From Phycisphaerales bacterium (GTDB taxonomy: Bacteria; Planctomycetota; Phycisphaerae; Phycisphaerales; UBA1924), in NCBI GenBank assembly GCA_044221545.1, contig JBGAOZ010000019.1:20833-84832 (forward strand): DNA of 64,000 nt. The letters run 5' to 3'. Below the pieces are notes generated by a model that saw only the letters and a list, made by a program, of their open reading frames with translations, did no database searches and was not told where the DNA came from. Below, piece by piece: positions 1 to 9,053 of this stretch. Numbering within the stretch: position 1 is the stretch's first letter; each line of letters begins with the position of its first letter. A program made the translations under genes and the position numbers.

Positions 1-755
1 GCCAGGGCGGTGTCGGAGCCGAAGTTGCGCAGCAGGGGCTGGTCGAGCTGGAGGGTGACTCCCAGCTGGGTGTTGGGGTCGGGCTCGACGGTCTGGCCGA
101 CGGTGCTGTCGTCGCTGTACGTGAGCTCCTGCTGCACCGTGAGCTGGCCGCCGGAGGTGAGCTTCTGGCGCAGGCCGGTGGTCGAGATCACGTTCTGCTG
201 GGTGTTGCTGGTCAGGCCGGTGTTCGAGGGCGTGAGCGTGGTGCGGGCGCGCGGCTCGTCGATGTTGTTGTACGTGAAGTTCTGGAAGAACGTCCAGTCG
301 AAGGCCGCCTCGGCCTGCACCACCTGCGCCTCGCTCACGGCGGGCGCCATGCGGCCGAACTGGATCTGCAGGTTGTACTCCACCGAGGTCTTGATCGCCT
401 TCTCGAGCGTGATCGCCACGACGCGCTGGGATTGGCCCAGGAGCGTGTCGGCGAGCGGGAGCGTTTCGCCCTTGTACGAGTCGGGCCCGGACCTTTTGGA
501 GATCTCGTCCAGGGCCGCGGGCGAGAGGCCCAGGCGCTCGAGCCCGCCGGTCTCGCGGGCGGTGAGGCGCCGCGCGGGGTACTCCTGGGCCTCGGCGGCC
601 TCGCGGCGGACGGATTCCATCACGGTGTGGCGGAGCTGGTTCTCGCTCTCATCGGAGAGCCCGGAGCTCGAGCACCCGCCTGCGGCGAGCATCAGGCCAA
701 GGCAGACCGAAATCCCGGCCCGGGGGGTCGATGTGAGGCGATCTGGGTGCAACAT
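1..755 (-). CDS. TolC-family outer-membrane channel lipoprotein, N-terminal part (3' end lies beyond window start)
   Basis: Not in the ORF track (no stop in window). My own minus-strand translation from ATG (complement of 753-755) gives MLHPDRLTSTPRAGISVCLGLMLAAGGCSSS, with lipobox LAAGGC. It continues ...VAITLEKAIKTSVEYNLQIQFGRMAPAVSEAQVVQAEAAFDWTFF...GLRQKLTSGGQLTVQQ, which resembles TolC/OprM-type repeats. Third codon positions are G/C-rich. The listed + ORF 10..918 is its shadow. Confidence 0.55.
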   Translation of the reverse strand, partial: MLHPDRLTSTPRAGISVCLGLMLAAGGCSSSGLSDESENQLRHTVMESVRREAAEAQEYPARRLTARETGGLERLGLSPAALDEISKRSGPDSYKGETLPLADTLLGQSQRVVAITLEKAIKTSVEYNLQIQFGRMAPAVSEAQVVQAEAAFDWTFFQNFTYNNIDEPRARTTLTPSNTGLTSNTQQNVISTTGLRQKLTSGGQLTVQQELTYSDDSTVGQTVEPDPNTQLGVTLQLDQPLLRNFGSDTAL

Positions 756-880
756 GCGGGAACAACGTACACCAGCCGGGGGTGAGGGTCAAAAAGAGCC
801 GACCGGGGCACATTCTGCCCCACAGAAGCGCCCGACGGCATCGCCGCGACGGTCCGGATCGCGGTCGGTACCCGTGGAGA

Positions 881-2847
881 TCAACATCCTGCCTCAAACG
901 CCCCGACAAAGGCCGTGAAATCGTCGGTGTCGACGAAACCAGACCCATCGAAGTCCGTCGAGAGATCCCCCGCCTCGTACGCGAGCACGAAGGCATCAAA
1001 GTCATCTTTGTCGGCGAACCCCGACCCGTCGAAATCGGCCGCGCAGGGGAACTCCAGGCTGGCGGGCCAGCTGGCAACCTGCCCGCAGGCGCACGAGACG
1101 ACGCAGTCGTAGTCGCCCAGGTCCGAGGCCGTCACGCCGGCGATCGAAATGAGCGGAGAATCCGCACCCGCGACGACTCCACCGCCCGCGGAGGCCCCGC
1201 CGGCGCCGTCGGCGATCGGCACGCCGTTGCGTCTCCATTGATAGGTGAGGGCGGAGAGTTGGTCGTAGCCGTCGGCGACCTGGATCGGGAAAGCTGCGCC
1301 CCCACCATCGTTGGTTCGGACGGTCTGGGGCTGGGAGGCGATCCAGGGGATGCCGTCGTCGGTCCAGCGGGCGATGAAGTTGTTGCCCTGTGGGGATGTG
1401 CACATCGAGTCGCCTACGACGACCAATTCGCTGCCGAAACTCATGATGGCGCGCCCTACGGCGAGTTTAGGGCCGAGGCCATCGCCCACGGGCTGCCAAG
1501 CAGTGCCATCCCATCGCGCGATGTCGACGACGATGGTGCTTCCCGAATCGTGAAAATCGCCGGTCGCGTACAGGCTTCCGCGATGTTCGGCGAATCGCCG
1601 GACGCTCTTCTGTCCGTACTGGGACTTGAATCCGGCCCCCATGGCTTGCCAAGAAATCCCATCCCATCGAGCGACCAAGCTCGTAGCTGTGCTCCCGGAC
1701 TTGGTGAAATCGCCACCGGCGATTAGATCGTCGCCCCAGACAAAAAGAGTTCGCACCAGTCCATTGAATGACTGTCCCAGCGGCGTCCATGCCGATCCAT
1801 TCCAGCGAGCGACCGACGCGCCGACGGGCCAGAAATTCTGACCGCCGACGATCAGATCTCCGTGGTACATCGCCATGCAGATGCCATCGCCAGCCTGCAG
1901 TTGGGACGGTCCCAGACAGTTCCATTTGGTGCCATCCCACGCCGCGACTACACCGTCGTTGCCGCTGCTGTCGGCCAGCCCGCCGGGGGCGCACACTGTG
2001 ATCTTGCCGTTGTGAATCAACACGTCATCGAGTTGTTGAGCGTAGAGGAGGTTGTCGCCTACCTGCGACCATCCTTCGCCGTTCCATCGCCCAAGGAGCT
2101 GCATCGACTGCCCGTCAATGTGGAGTCCTGCGCCAAGCGCGAGGCGGGCTGGCCGTCGGCAAGTAGGAAATCTCCGCCGGCGATCAGCTGGTCGTTGAAC
2201 GCCGTCACCGCGCGGACGGTGCCATCCATCCCCGCCCCCAGTGCACGCCAACTCGCGCCGTTCCATGCGGCGATGTGCGGGACGGCGATCGTACCTTCCT
2301 CGGTGAACATGCCGCCGGCGATCAACTCGTCGTGATAGACACACAGCGCGTGCACCGGCGCGTTGAGCCCATTGAGGGGCTGTTCCCACGAAGACTCGCC
2401 GAAGCGGGCGACATATGCCGGGTTCCAGTTTCCAATCGCAGTGAAGTCTCCGGCGATGTGGAGCTTGCCCTGGTATACCGCCAGCGCACGCACCGCTGCG
2501 TTCGGGGTTGCGAGCAGGCTCGAGTAGTCCTTCCCATCCCATACCGCGAGATTCTGGAAGGACGTGCACGCGGATTGGTTTCCGAAGCCCATGCGCCCGC
2601 CCAAGACAATCACATCGCCTAGCGGTCCATCTCCGTCCGGATCCCAGTTCATCATCGCATTCACCGGGCTCATGGTGCTGTCAACAAGGTACGACGGACT
2701 TGTCTCCGGCAGCCAACTCGCACACTGCGCGCCTGCCCGCGAGACAATCGATGACGCCAGGGCAACAACTGCAAATAGTCTGCGGAGTCCCACGCCGGGC
2801 GCGTGCCATTTCAACGACCGATGAAGATCATTGGTGACCGGGTTCAT
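881..2847 (-). CDS. Secreted beta-propeller repeat protein with Ig-like domain and C-terminal twin DxDGSGFVD module; reading frame broken near 2100-2160 (pseudogene or assembly error)
   Basis: ORFs 2059..2931(-) and 881..2569(-) are two frames of one gene. The N-terminal frame starts at ATG (complement of 2845-2847, GGAG 9 nt upstream) with a signal peptide, MNPVTNDLHRSLKWHAPGVGLRRLFAVVALASSIVSRAGAQC. It then shows W-x-G-x-x-W / GGDF blades. The blades continue in the other frame (GRWNGEGWSQVG, ARWDGTAWQPVG). An Ig-like block follows (TYQWRRNGVPI...GDYDCVV), then the tail CAADFDGSGF...AFEAGC. Confidence 0.6.
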
Positions 2848-3023
2848 GCTGGGTACTCCGTGGGCAACGTCGCCACCGCTCGATTGAAGGTCGCTAGTCC
2901 TGCCTACCGCGCCCGCCCCTCGGGGGTGCACATTCTGACCGAGCCAACGGCTGGAGACTGTCTCGCGAGAGCCTACCGCCGCCCCGAACGGGAGCCGAGA
3001 GGCGGAGGCAGTACACTCCCCCC

Positions 3024-4073
3024 ATGCGAGCCATCGTCGTAGAAAAGCAGGGCAACCCGGTCACGCCCAACATCCGCCTGCGGGGCGACTGGCCCGACAT
3101 CGCTCCCGCCGACCTCAAGCCCGGATGGGCCCTGGTCCGCACGCTGGCGACCGCGTTCAACCACATGGACCTGTGGGTGGGTCGGGGGGTGCCGGGGCTG
3201 AATCTCGCGTACCCGCGCATCAGCGGGTGCGATGCCTGCGGAACCGTCGAGCACGTCGGGGCGGGCGTCGATACCGCGTGGGTCGGTCGGCGCGTGATTG
3301 TCAACGCCGCGATCCGCGTGCCGGACCGCATCCATCCAGACGACCCGCCGGCCTCGACGCTCTGCCCCAACTACGAGCTGATCGGAGAGCACCACAACGG
3401 CATGCTCGCCGAGAAGTTCCTCATCCCCGCGGCCAACCTCGCGGCGGTGGGGGAGTCGGCCGATCCGGCCGAGGCGGCGGCGTTCGGGCTCTGCGCGCTG
3501 ACGGCCTACTCGATGGTCCGGACGAAGGCCAACCTGCTTCCCGGCCAGTCCGTGCTTATCACGGGGATCGGCGGCGGAGTGGCGACCTCGGCGCTGGCGA
3601 TCGCCGAGCACCTGGGGTGCCCGGTCGCCGTCACCAGCCGGCACCAGTGGAAGCTCGACCGCGCCAAGGCGATGGGGGCTGATGTCACGATCCTCGACCA
3701 GGGTCAGGACTGGTCGAAAGAAGTGCGGGCCTGGACGCGCAAGCGGGGCGTCGACCTCGCGGTGGATTCGTCGGGAAAGGCAACGCACCTCAACTGCATC
3801 AAGTCGCTGGCCCGCGGGGGGTGCTACGCGACCCCGGGGTGCACGAGCGGTCCGGACGCGACCACGGACCTGGCGCGAGTCTTCTGGAATCAACTCCGGA
3901 TCCTCGGGTCAACGATGGGGAGCAACGAGGAGTTCCAGGAGGTCGCGAGCCTGTACCGCGCGGGCGCCCTGAAGCCCGCGGTCGATCAGGTGTTCGCCCC
4001 TGAGGACTGCCAGAAGGCCTACGCCCGGCTGGAGGCGGCCGAGCAGTTCGGCAAGATCGTGATCAGGTGGTAG
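3024..4073 (+). CDS. Zinc-type alcohol dehydrogenase / quinone oxidoreductase-like protein (MDR superfamily)
   Basis: ATG ORF starting MRAIVVEKQG, with a GroES-like N-terminal domain. Rossmann motif ITGIGGGVATSALAIAEHLG. C-terminus ...AEQFGKIVIRW is typical of this family. Confidence 0.8.
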   Translation: MRAIVVEKQGNPVTPNIRLRGDWPDIAPADLKPGWALVRTLATAFNHMDLWVGRGVPGLNLAYPRISGCDACGTVEHVGAGVDTAWVGRRVIVNAAIRVPDRIHPDDPPASTLCPNYELIGEHHNGMLAEKFLIPAANLAAVGESADPAEAAAFGLCALTAYSMVRTKANLLPGQSVLITGIGGGVATSALAIAEHLGCPVAVTSRHQWKLDRAKAMGADVTILDQGQDWSKEVRAWTRKRGVDLAVDSSGKATHLNCIKSLARGGCYATPGCTSGPDATTDLARVFWNQLRILGSTMGSNEEFQEVASLYRAGALKPAVDQVFAPEDCQKAYARLEAAEQFGKIVIRW

Positions 4074-4166
4074 GGATTACGGCCGCGATGTTCCCCGGGC
4101 CACGGAACGGTGAGGGGTCGCTCCCCGCGTCCGCTTGAAGGGGAGTTTGATTACACTTCCGATCGA

Positions 4167-6893
4167 ATGCCCACTTGCGGTTCTACTCTGGGGATCTACA
4201 CCGTCGAGCGCGAGCTCGGCCGTGGCGGCATGGGCGTCGTTTTCCTGGCCAGGGACACGCGCCTGGACCGGCTGGTCGCGCTCAAAGCGCTGCCGGAGGA
4301 TCTCTCGGACGACCAGGAGCGGCTGGGACGCTTCGAGCGCGAGGCCCGGCTGCTGGCGTCGCTGAACCACTCGGGAATCGGGGCGATCTACGGCATGGAG
4401 GTCGCGGAGGGCCGCCGGTACCTCGTGCTCGAGTATGTCGACGGGACCACGCTCGAAGAGCGGCTGGCCTCGGGCCCCATGGGGATCGAGGAAGCGCTCC
4501 CCATCGCGCGGCAGATCGCCGAGGCGCTCGAGGTGGCCCACGAGAAAGGGATCGTGCACCGGGACCTCAAGCCCGGCAACGTCATGCTCCGCGGCGACGG
4601 AGCGGTCAAGGTCCTGGATTTCGGGCTGGCACGGTCGGCGCCTCCCAGGTCGGGGATCTCGGCCGGTTCGGGCTCCTCCAGCTTGCCCACGATGACCTCG
4701 GCGCCGCTGGGTCAGAGCCCGACGATGCCGGGGGCGATCCTGGGCACGCCCGGGTACATGAGCCCCGAGCAGGCCCGCGGCCGGCCCATCGATGCGCGGG
4801 CGGACATCTTCGCGCTGGGCTGCGTGCTCTTCGAGATGCTCACGGGTCGCCGCGCGTTCCCAGGGGACTCGCAGGCCGACTCGATCGCCGCGGTGATCGA
4901 GCGCGAGCCGGGCTGGCAGGGGCTTCCGGCCAGGACTCCGCTCCAGCTGCGGGAGCTGCTGGAAAAGTGCCTGGAGAAGGAGGTCCGACGGCGGATCCGT
5001 GACGCGGGGGATGTCAGGCTTGAGCTCGAGCGGTGCATCGAGCGACGGGCGTGGATGTCGTCGACGCTCGCGCCTCGGGCCGGCGCCCCCGCGGCCCGGC
5101 GGCTCCCGGCGGCGCTGGGGTGGATCGTGGCGGGGGTCGCGGTGGTTGCCGGCGTGCTTGCCTGGAGGCTCGGAGGCGTCCAGGCACCCTCCCCGGCCGA
5201 CAGCGCACCCGCGCCGGCGGGGACGGTGCGGTTCAGCATCAGCAGCGACGGGTACCGTGGAGCGCTGGTGGACACACGGGGGACGCTGGCGATCTCGCGT
5301 GACGGCCGGGCGATCGTGTTCACCGGCGAGGGGCCCGACCACGGCCTTGGAATGCTCGTTCGCACGCTGAACGACCCCATGCCCAGGCCGATCCCCAACG
5401 GAGCCAACTGGGTCTCCGGAGATCCGATGCTCTCGCCCGACGGGCGCAGCGTGGCCTATTTCGGCTCGACGGACCTGTACTCGGTTCCCATCGACGGTGG
5501 GGTCCCGGTGCTGGTGTACCGCGGACCGGGGATGGCCAAGGGCGCTGTGTGGACCGCGTCGGGAATCCTCTGCAGCCCGACTCCCAGCTCGGGGCTGGTG
5601 ATGATCCCCTTGGACGGCGGCACCCCGAAGGTGGTGACCACGCCCGATGCATCCGCGGGCGAGGTCTCGCACCGCTGGCCCGATGCGCTCCCCGGCGGGA
5701 CACACTTCCTGTTCACCATCAAGAAGTCGGACATGCTCACGTTCGACGACGCGGACATCGGGCTGCTGGACGCCACGACGGGGAAGTGGAAGCAGATCAT
5801 CCACGGCGGTTCGTACGCGCGGTACGCGCCGCCGGGCCACATCGTGTACGCGACCAACGGGCGGCTGCTGGCCGTGAGCTTCGATCTCCAAGCGCTCGCG
5901 GTGACATCGTCGGCCGTCGAGGTCGTGCCCGGGATCATCACCGACCCGGGGAGCGGCTCGGCGGGGTTCGCGATCGCCCCGGAGGCCGGCATGCTCGTGT
6001 ACCAGGCCGGCGGCCGCAACGAGCCCGCCCACCAGGCCGTGTGGGTGGACGCCAAGGGGACGATCACCCCTACGAAGCTGCCGAACAGGAATTACGCTTC
6101 ACTGGCGATCTCCCCCGACGGTACGAGGGTCGCGTGCACGGTCTTCGGGGCCTGCGATGCGATCTTTGTCTACGACTTTGCCGCCGGCACGAGCTCCCGG
6201 CTTACGTTCCGCGGGAACTGCTCCTCGGCGGCCTGGACGCCCGACGGCGCGGGGCTGGTGTTCAGCTCCGACGCGGAGGGCCCGCAGAACACGTACCTCG
6301 CCCCGGCGGACGGGTCGGCCGAGCCGCGCAAGCTGTTCGACGGGATCCTGACGGGAGGTTGCAGCATCGCCAGGCTTCCCTCGGGCGAGTTAGTGGTCGT
6401 GTACGAGAGCGGCGGGGACATCTTCATGCGGTCCGGGGACCGGCCGGGCCCGCCCACGCGACTGGTGGGGTCTCAGTTCTTCGAGGGGAGGGCGAGCGTC
6501 TCGCGGGATGGGAAATGGCTGGCGTACGTCTCCGAAGAGAGCGGCCAGGCCGAGGTGTACGTGCGACCATTCCCTTCCGGAGAAGGCAAGGTGCAGGTCT
6601 CGCGCGGGGGCGGCGGCGGCGTGGCGAGCTTCTGGGCCGCCGACGGGAAGAGCCTGATCTACATGCGAGCCCACGTCCCCGTCCGCGTGACGTACCGGGC
6701 CGACACGCAGTTCCGTGTCGACGATCAGGCCGAGTTGGGGGCCGCGCCCGAGGACTTCCGGGCGCCGTCATTTGCTCCCGATGGTTCCCGGAGCCTGTGG
6801 GTCAAGCCGGTGGCGACGCCCTATGCCGGGGATCGCGTCTACGCCGTGGTCGGCTGGAGCCAGGAACTCAAGGCCAAGCTGCCGGGCGGTTGA
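4167..6893 (+). CDS. Ser/Thr protein kinase with one TM helix and C-terminal TolB/WD40-like beta-propeller
   Basis: The listed ORF starts at GTG 4110; the first ATG at 4167 gives MPTCGSTLGIYTVERELGRGGMGVVFLA. Hanks motifs are present: GRGGMGVV, VALK, HRDLKPGNVML, DFGLAR, GTPGYMSPEQ. A TM helix follows (LGWIVAGVAVVAGVLAW). The remaining roughly 520 aa carry repeated SPDG/SRDG blades. Confidence 0.85.
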   Translation: MPTCGSTLGIYTVERELGRGGMGVVFLARDTRLDRLVALKALPEDLSDDQERLGRFEREARLLASLNHSGIGAIYGMEVAEGRRYLVLEYVDGTTLEERLASGPMGIEEALPIARQIAEALEVAHEKGIVHRDLKPGNVMLRGDGAVKVLDFGLARSAPPRSGISAGSGSSSLPTMTSAPLGQSPTMPGAILGTPGYMSPEQARGRPIDARADIFALGCVLFEMLTGRRAFPGDSQADSIAAVIEREPGWQGLPARTPLQLRELLEKCLEKEVRRRIRDAGDVRLELERCIERRAWMSSTLAPRAGAPAARRLPAALGWIVAGVAVVAGVLAWRLGGVQAPSPADSAPAPAGTVRFSISSDGYRGALVDTRGTLAISRDGRAIVFTGEGPDHGLGMLVRTLNDPMPRPIPNGANWVSGDPMLSPDGRSVAYFGSTDLYSVPIDGGVPVLVYRGPGMAKGAVWTASGILCSPTPSSGLVMIPLDGGTPKVVTTPDASAGEVSHRWPDALPGGTHFLFTIKKSDMLTFDDADIGLLDATTGKWKQIIHGGSYARYAPPGHIVYATNGRLLAVSFDLQALAVTSSAVEVVPGIITDPGSGSAGFAIAPEAGMLVYQAGGRNEPAHQAVWVDAKGTITPTKLPNRNYASLAISPDGTRVACTVFGACDAIFVYDFAAGTSSRLTFRGNCSSAAWTPDGAGLVFSSDAEGPQNTYLAPADGSAEPRKLFDGILTGGCSIARLPSGELVVVYESGGDIFMRSGDRPGPPTRLVGSQFFEGRASVSRDGKWLAYVSEESGQAEVYVRPFPSGEGKVQVSRGGGGGVASFWAADGKSLIYMRAHVPVRVTYRADTQFRVDDQAELGAAPEDFRAPSFAPDGSRSLWVKPVATPYAGDRVYAVVGWSQELKAKLPGG

Positions 6894-6908
6894 GCGCACG
6901 GCGCGGGC

Positions 6909-8411
6909 TCACGTGCCGCGCACCTTGCGGATGGTGCCGGTCGTGCTGCGGCCCTCCACCAGGCCGGCGAGCACGATCCGGCCGCCGTAGCTCTCCACAA
7001 GATTCCCGCCCACGACACGTTCCTTGGTGTAGTCCCCGCCCTTGACCAGCACATCGGGCCGGATCGCCTCGAGCAGGCGGACCGGCGTGTCTTCCCCGAA
7101 GAGTACGACCGCGTCCACCGATCCCAGGGCGCCCAGCACCCGGGCGCGGTCCTCCTGGTGGTTCACGGGCCGCTCGGGGCCCTTGAGCCGGCGGACCGAG
7201 GCGTCGTCGTTGAGACCCACCACCAGCAGGTCGCCCTCCTGGGCCGCGCGCTCCAGCAGCGAGATGTGCCCGGCGTGCAGCACGTCGAAGCACCCGTTGG
7301 TGAACACGACCTTCCCGCCGGCGCGGCGGGTCGCCGCGGCCTCGACGAGCACCTGGCCGAGCGTGCGGAGCTTGCCGTGGCGTGCCGTGCTCATCGAGAG
7401 CAGCGAGTGGTGGATCTTCTCCAGCGGGATCGGCTCGACCCCGAAGATCTCGACCTCCAGGCCCGCGGCCGCGTTGGCGAACCGGACGGCGTCCACCCAC
7501 GCGCAGAGATTGGCCCGTGCCGCGGCCAGGGCCGCCAGGAACATGTCCCCCGCGCCCGTGACGTCGTAGACCTGGCGGGCGATCGTCGGGACCGCGACCG
7601 GATCCCCGCCGCGCTCCAGCAGCAGCGCCCCGTGGCGATCGAGCGTCAGGACGACCGCCTCGAGTTCGAGCTCTTCGAGCAGCCTGCTCGCCACGGGCGC
7701 GTTGCGCTCCGGTCCGGTATCGGCGCCGGTCACCAGGCCGGTGGCAAACTCGGCCTCCGTGCGGTTGGGGGTGATGACGGTCGCCCCGCGGTACTTGGAA
7801 TAGTCGCTGAGCTTCGCGGGGTCGACCATGACGGGCTTGCCGGCCCGGCGCGCGGCGGCGATCACGCCCCCGCACAGCTCGGGGGTGCAGACGCCCTTGG
7901 CGTAGTCCTCGATGCACACGACGTCCACCGAGGGCAGCACGGCCTCGAACGCCCCGAGCACGCGCGAGACCATGGCCGCCGAGAGCGGCGCCCGTGACTC
8001 GTAGTCGACGCGGAACATCTTCTGCGGGTGGCGAGCCTGCGCCCGGCCGATCAGGTTCTGCTTCACGGTCGTGGGCCGGGAGCCGTCGGGGACCAGACCG
8101 CCCGCGTCCACCCCGCGGGCCTGGAGCTCACGGACCAGGATCCCGGCCGTCGCGTCGGACCCAACCACGCCCAGGGCGCTGACGGCTCCGCCGATCTCCG
8201 AGAGGTCGAGGCAGACGTTCGCCGCCCCGCCCGGGCGGTGCTGTTGTTCCTGTACGAGCAGGACCGGCACCGGGGCATCGGCGCTGAGGCGCTCGGCGTC
8301 CCCGTACACCAGCTGGTCGAGCATGAAATCCCCGACCACCGCGGCCTTGAAGGGCTTCCAGGCGCTGAGATGTTCGAGCAATCGGTCCATGGTCCATCCT
8401 GCGGTCGACAT
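6909..8411 (-). CDS. hldE: Bifunctional D-beta-D-heptose 7-phosphate kinase / heptose 1-phosphate adenylyltransferase
   Basis: 500 aa. The N-terminal half is ribokinase-like (DVTGAGD). The C-terminal half is a cytidylyltransferase (VVFTNGCFDVLHAGHISLL...VVGLNDDASVRRLKGPERP). An alternative ATG is at 8390. Confidence 0.85.
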   Translation of the reverse strand: MSTAGWTMDRLLEHLSAWKPFKAAVVGDFMLDQLVYGDAERLSADAPVPVLLVQEQQHRPGGAANVCLDLSEIGGAVSALGVVGSDATAGILVRELQARGVDAGGLVPDGSRPTTVKQNLIGRAQARHPQKMFRVDYESRAPLSAAMVSRVLGAFEAVLPSVDVVCIEDYAKGVCTPELCGGVIAAARRAGKPVMVDPAKLSDYSKYRGATVITPNRTEAEFATGLVTGADTGPERNAPVASRLLEELELEAVVLTLDRHGALLLERGGDPVAVPTIARQVYDVTGAGDMFLAALAAARANLCAWVDAVRFANAAAGLEVEIFGVEPIPLEKIHHSLLSMSTARHGKLRTLGQVLVEAAATRRAGGKVVFTNGCFDVLHAGHISLLERAAQEGDLLVVGLNDDASVRRLKGPERPVNHQEDRARVLGALGSVDAVVLFGEDTPVRLLEAIRPDVLVKGGDYTKERVVGGNLVESYGGRIVLAGLVEGRSTTGTIRKVRGT

Positions 8412-8515
8412 CCGTCGCGGAGGATCGTACGGGCCCCGCGGCGGCTCTCAAAAAAGCACGCGGGCCGCCCGGTTCGGGCGGCCCGCGAAGAGTGCGTGGT
8501 GAATCCGGCGAGCGG

Positions 8516-8878
8516 TCAGGCCTTCTTCTCGTCCTTTTTGGCCTCGCCCGCGGCGGCGGCGGCATCGGCGGCGGCCTTCTTGGCCTCGACCTTGGCACGG
8601 TCGGCCTTGCGGTCGGCCTCGTAGCGCTTCATGTCGATGAGGTTGCGCTTGGCGAGCATGTCGCGGACCGTTTCGCTGGGCCTGGCGCCCTTGCTCAGCC
8701 AGTACTTCACGCGCTCCTCGTTGAGCGAGATCTGCTTGGCCGGGTTCTTCTCCACCGGGTTGTACCAGCCGAGTTCCTCGACGGGCGCCCCGTCGCGGCG
8801 CGTGCGCCGGTCGATGGCGCTGATCCGGTAGAACGGGCGATTCCTGCGGCCAAACCTCTGCATGCGGATGCACAGCAC
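8516..8878 (-). CDS. rpsP: 30S ribosomal protein S16
   Basis: (V)LCIRMQRFGRRNRPFYRISAIDRRTRRDGAPVEELGWYNP is a classic S16 N-terminus, followed by a Lys/Ala-rich tail. The GTG start has GGAGG 7 nt upstream. Confidence 0.9.
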   Translation of the reverse strand: MLCIRMQRFGRRNRPFYRISAIDRRTRRDGAPVEELGWYNPVEKNPAKQISLNEERVKYWLSKGARPSETVRDMLAKRNLIDMKRYEADRKADRAKVEAKKAAADAAAAAGEAKKDEKKA

Positions 8879-9053
8879 GTGAAAACCTCCGGCGGTCCGT
8901 TTTGCGACGCCATTCCGGGCCTAGATCCTGCCCGCCACCCTTCCGACCCGCCAACGGAGTCGGGCCAAGACATTAGGCCAGCCGCGCCGGAGCATCCACT
9001 CCGGCCAGCGTTCGCGGCAATCTGTTCTAGTTATACTCGGTATATCCGACGGC

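Noticed and set aside
10-918. 302-aa + strand ORF at the window start
   Set aside because: It is the shadow of the minus-strand TolC-like gene, which I translated by hand and which has a lipobox and family-like repeats.
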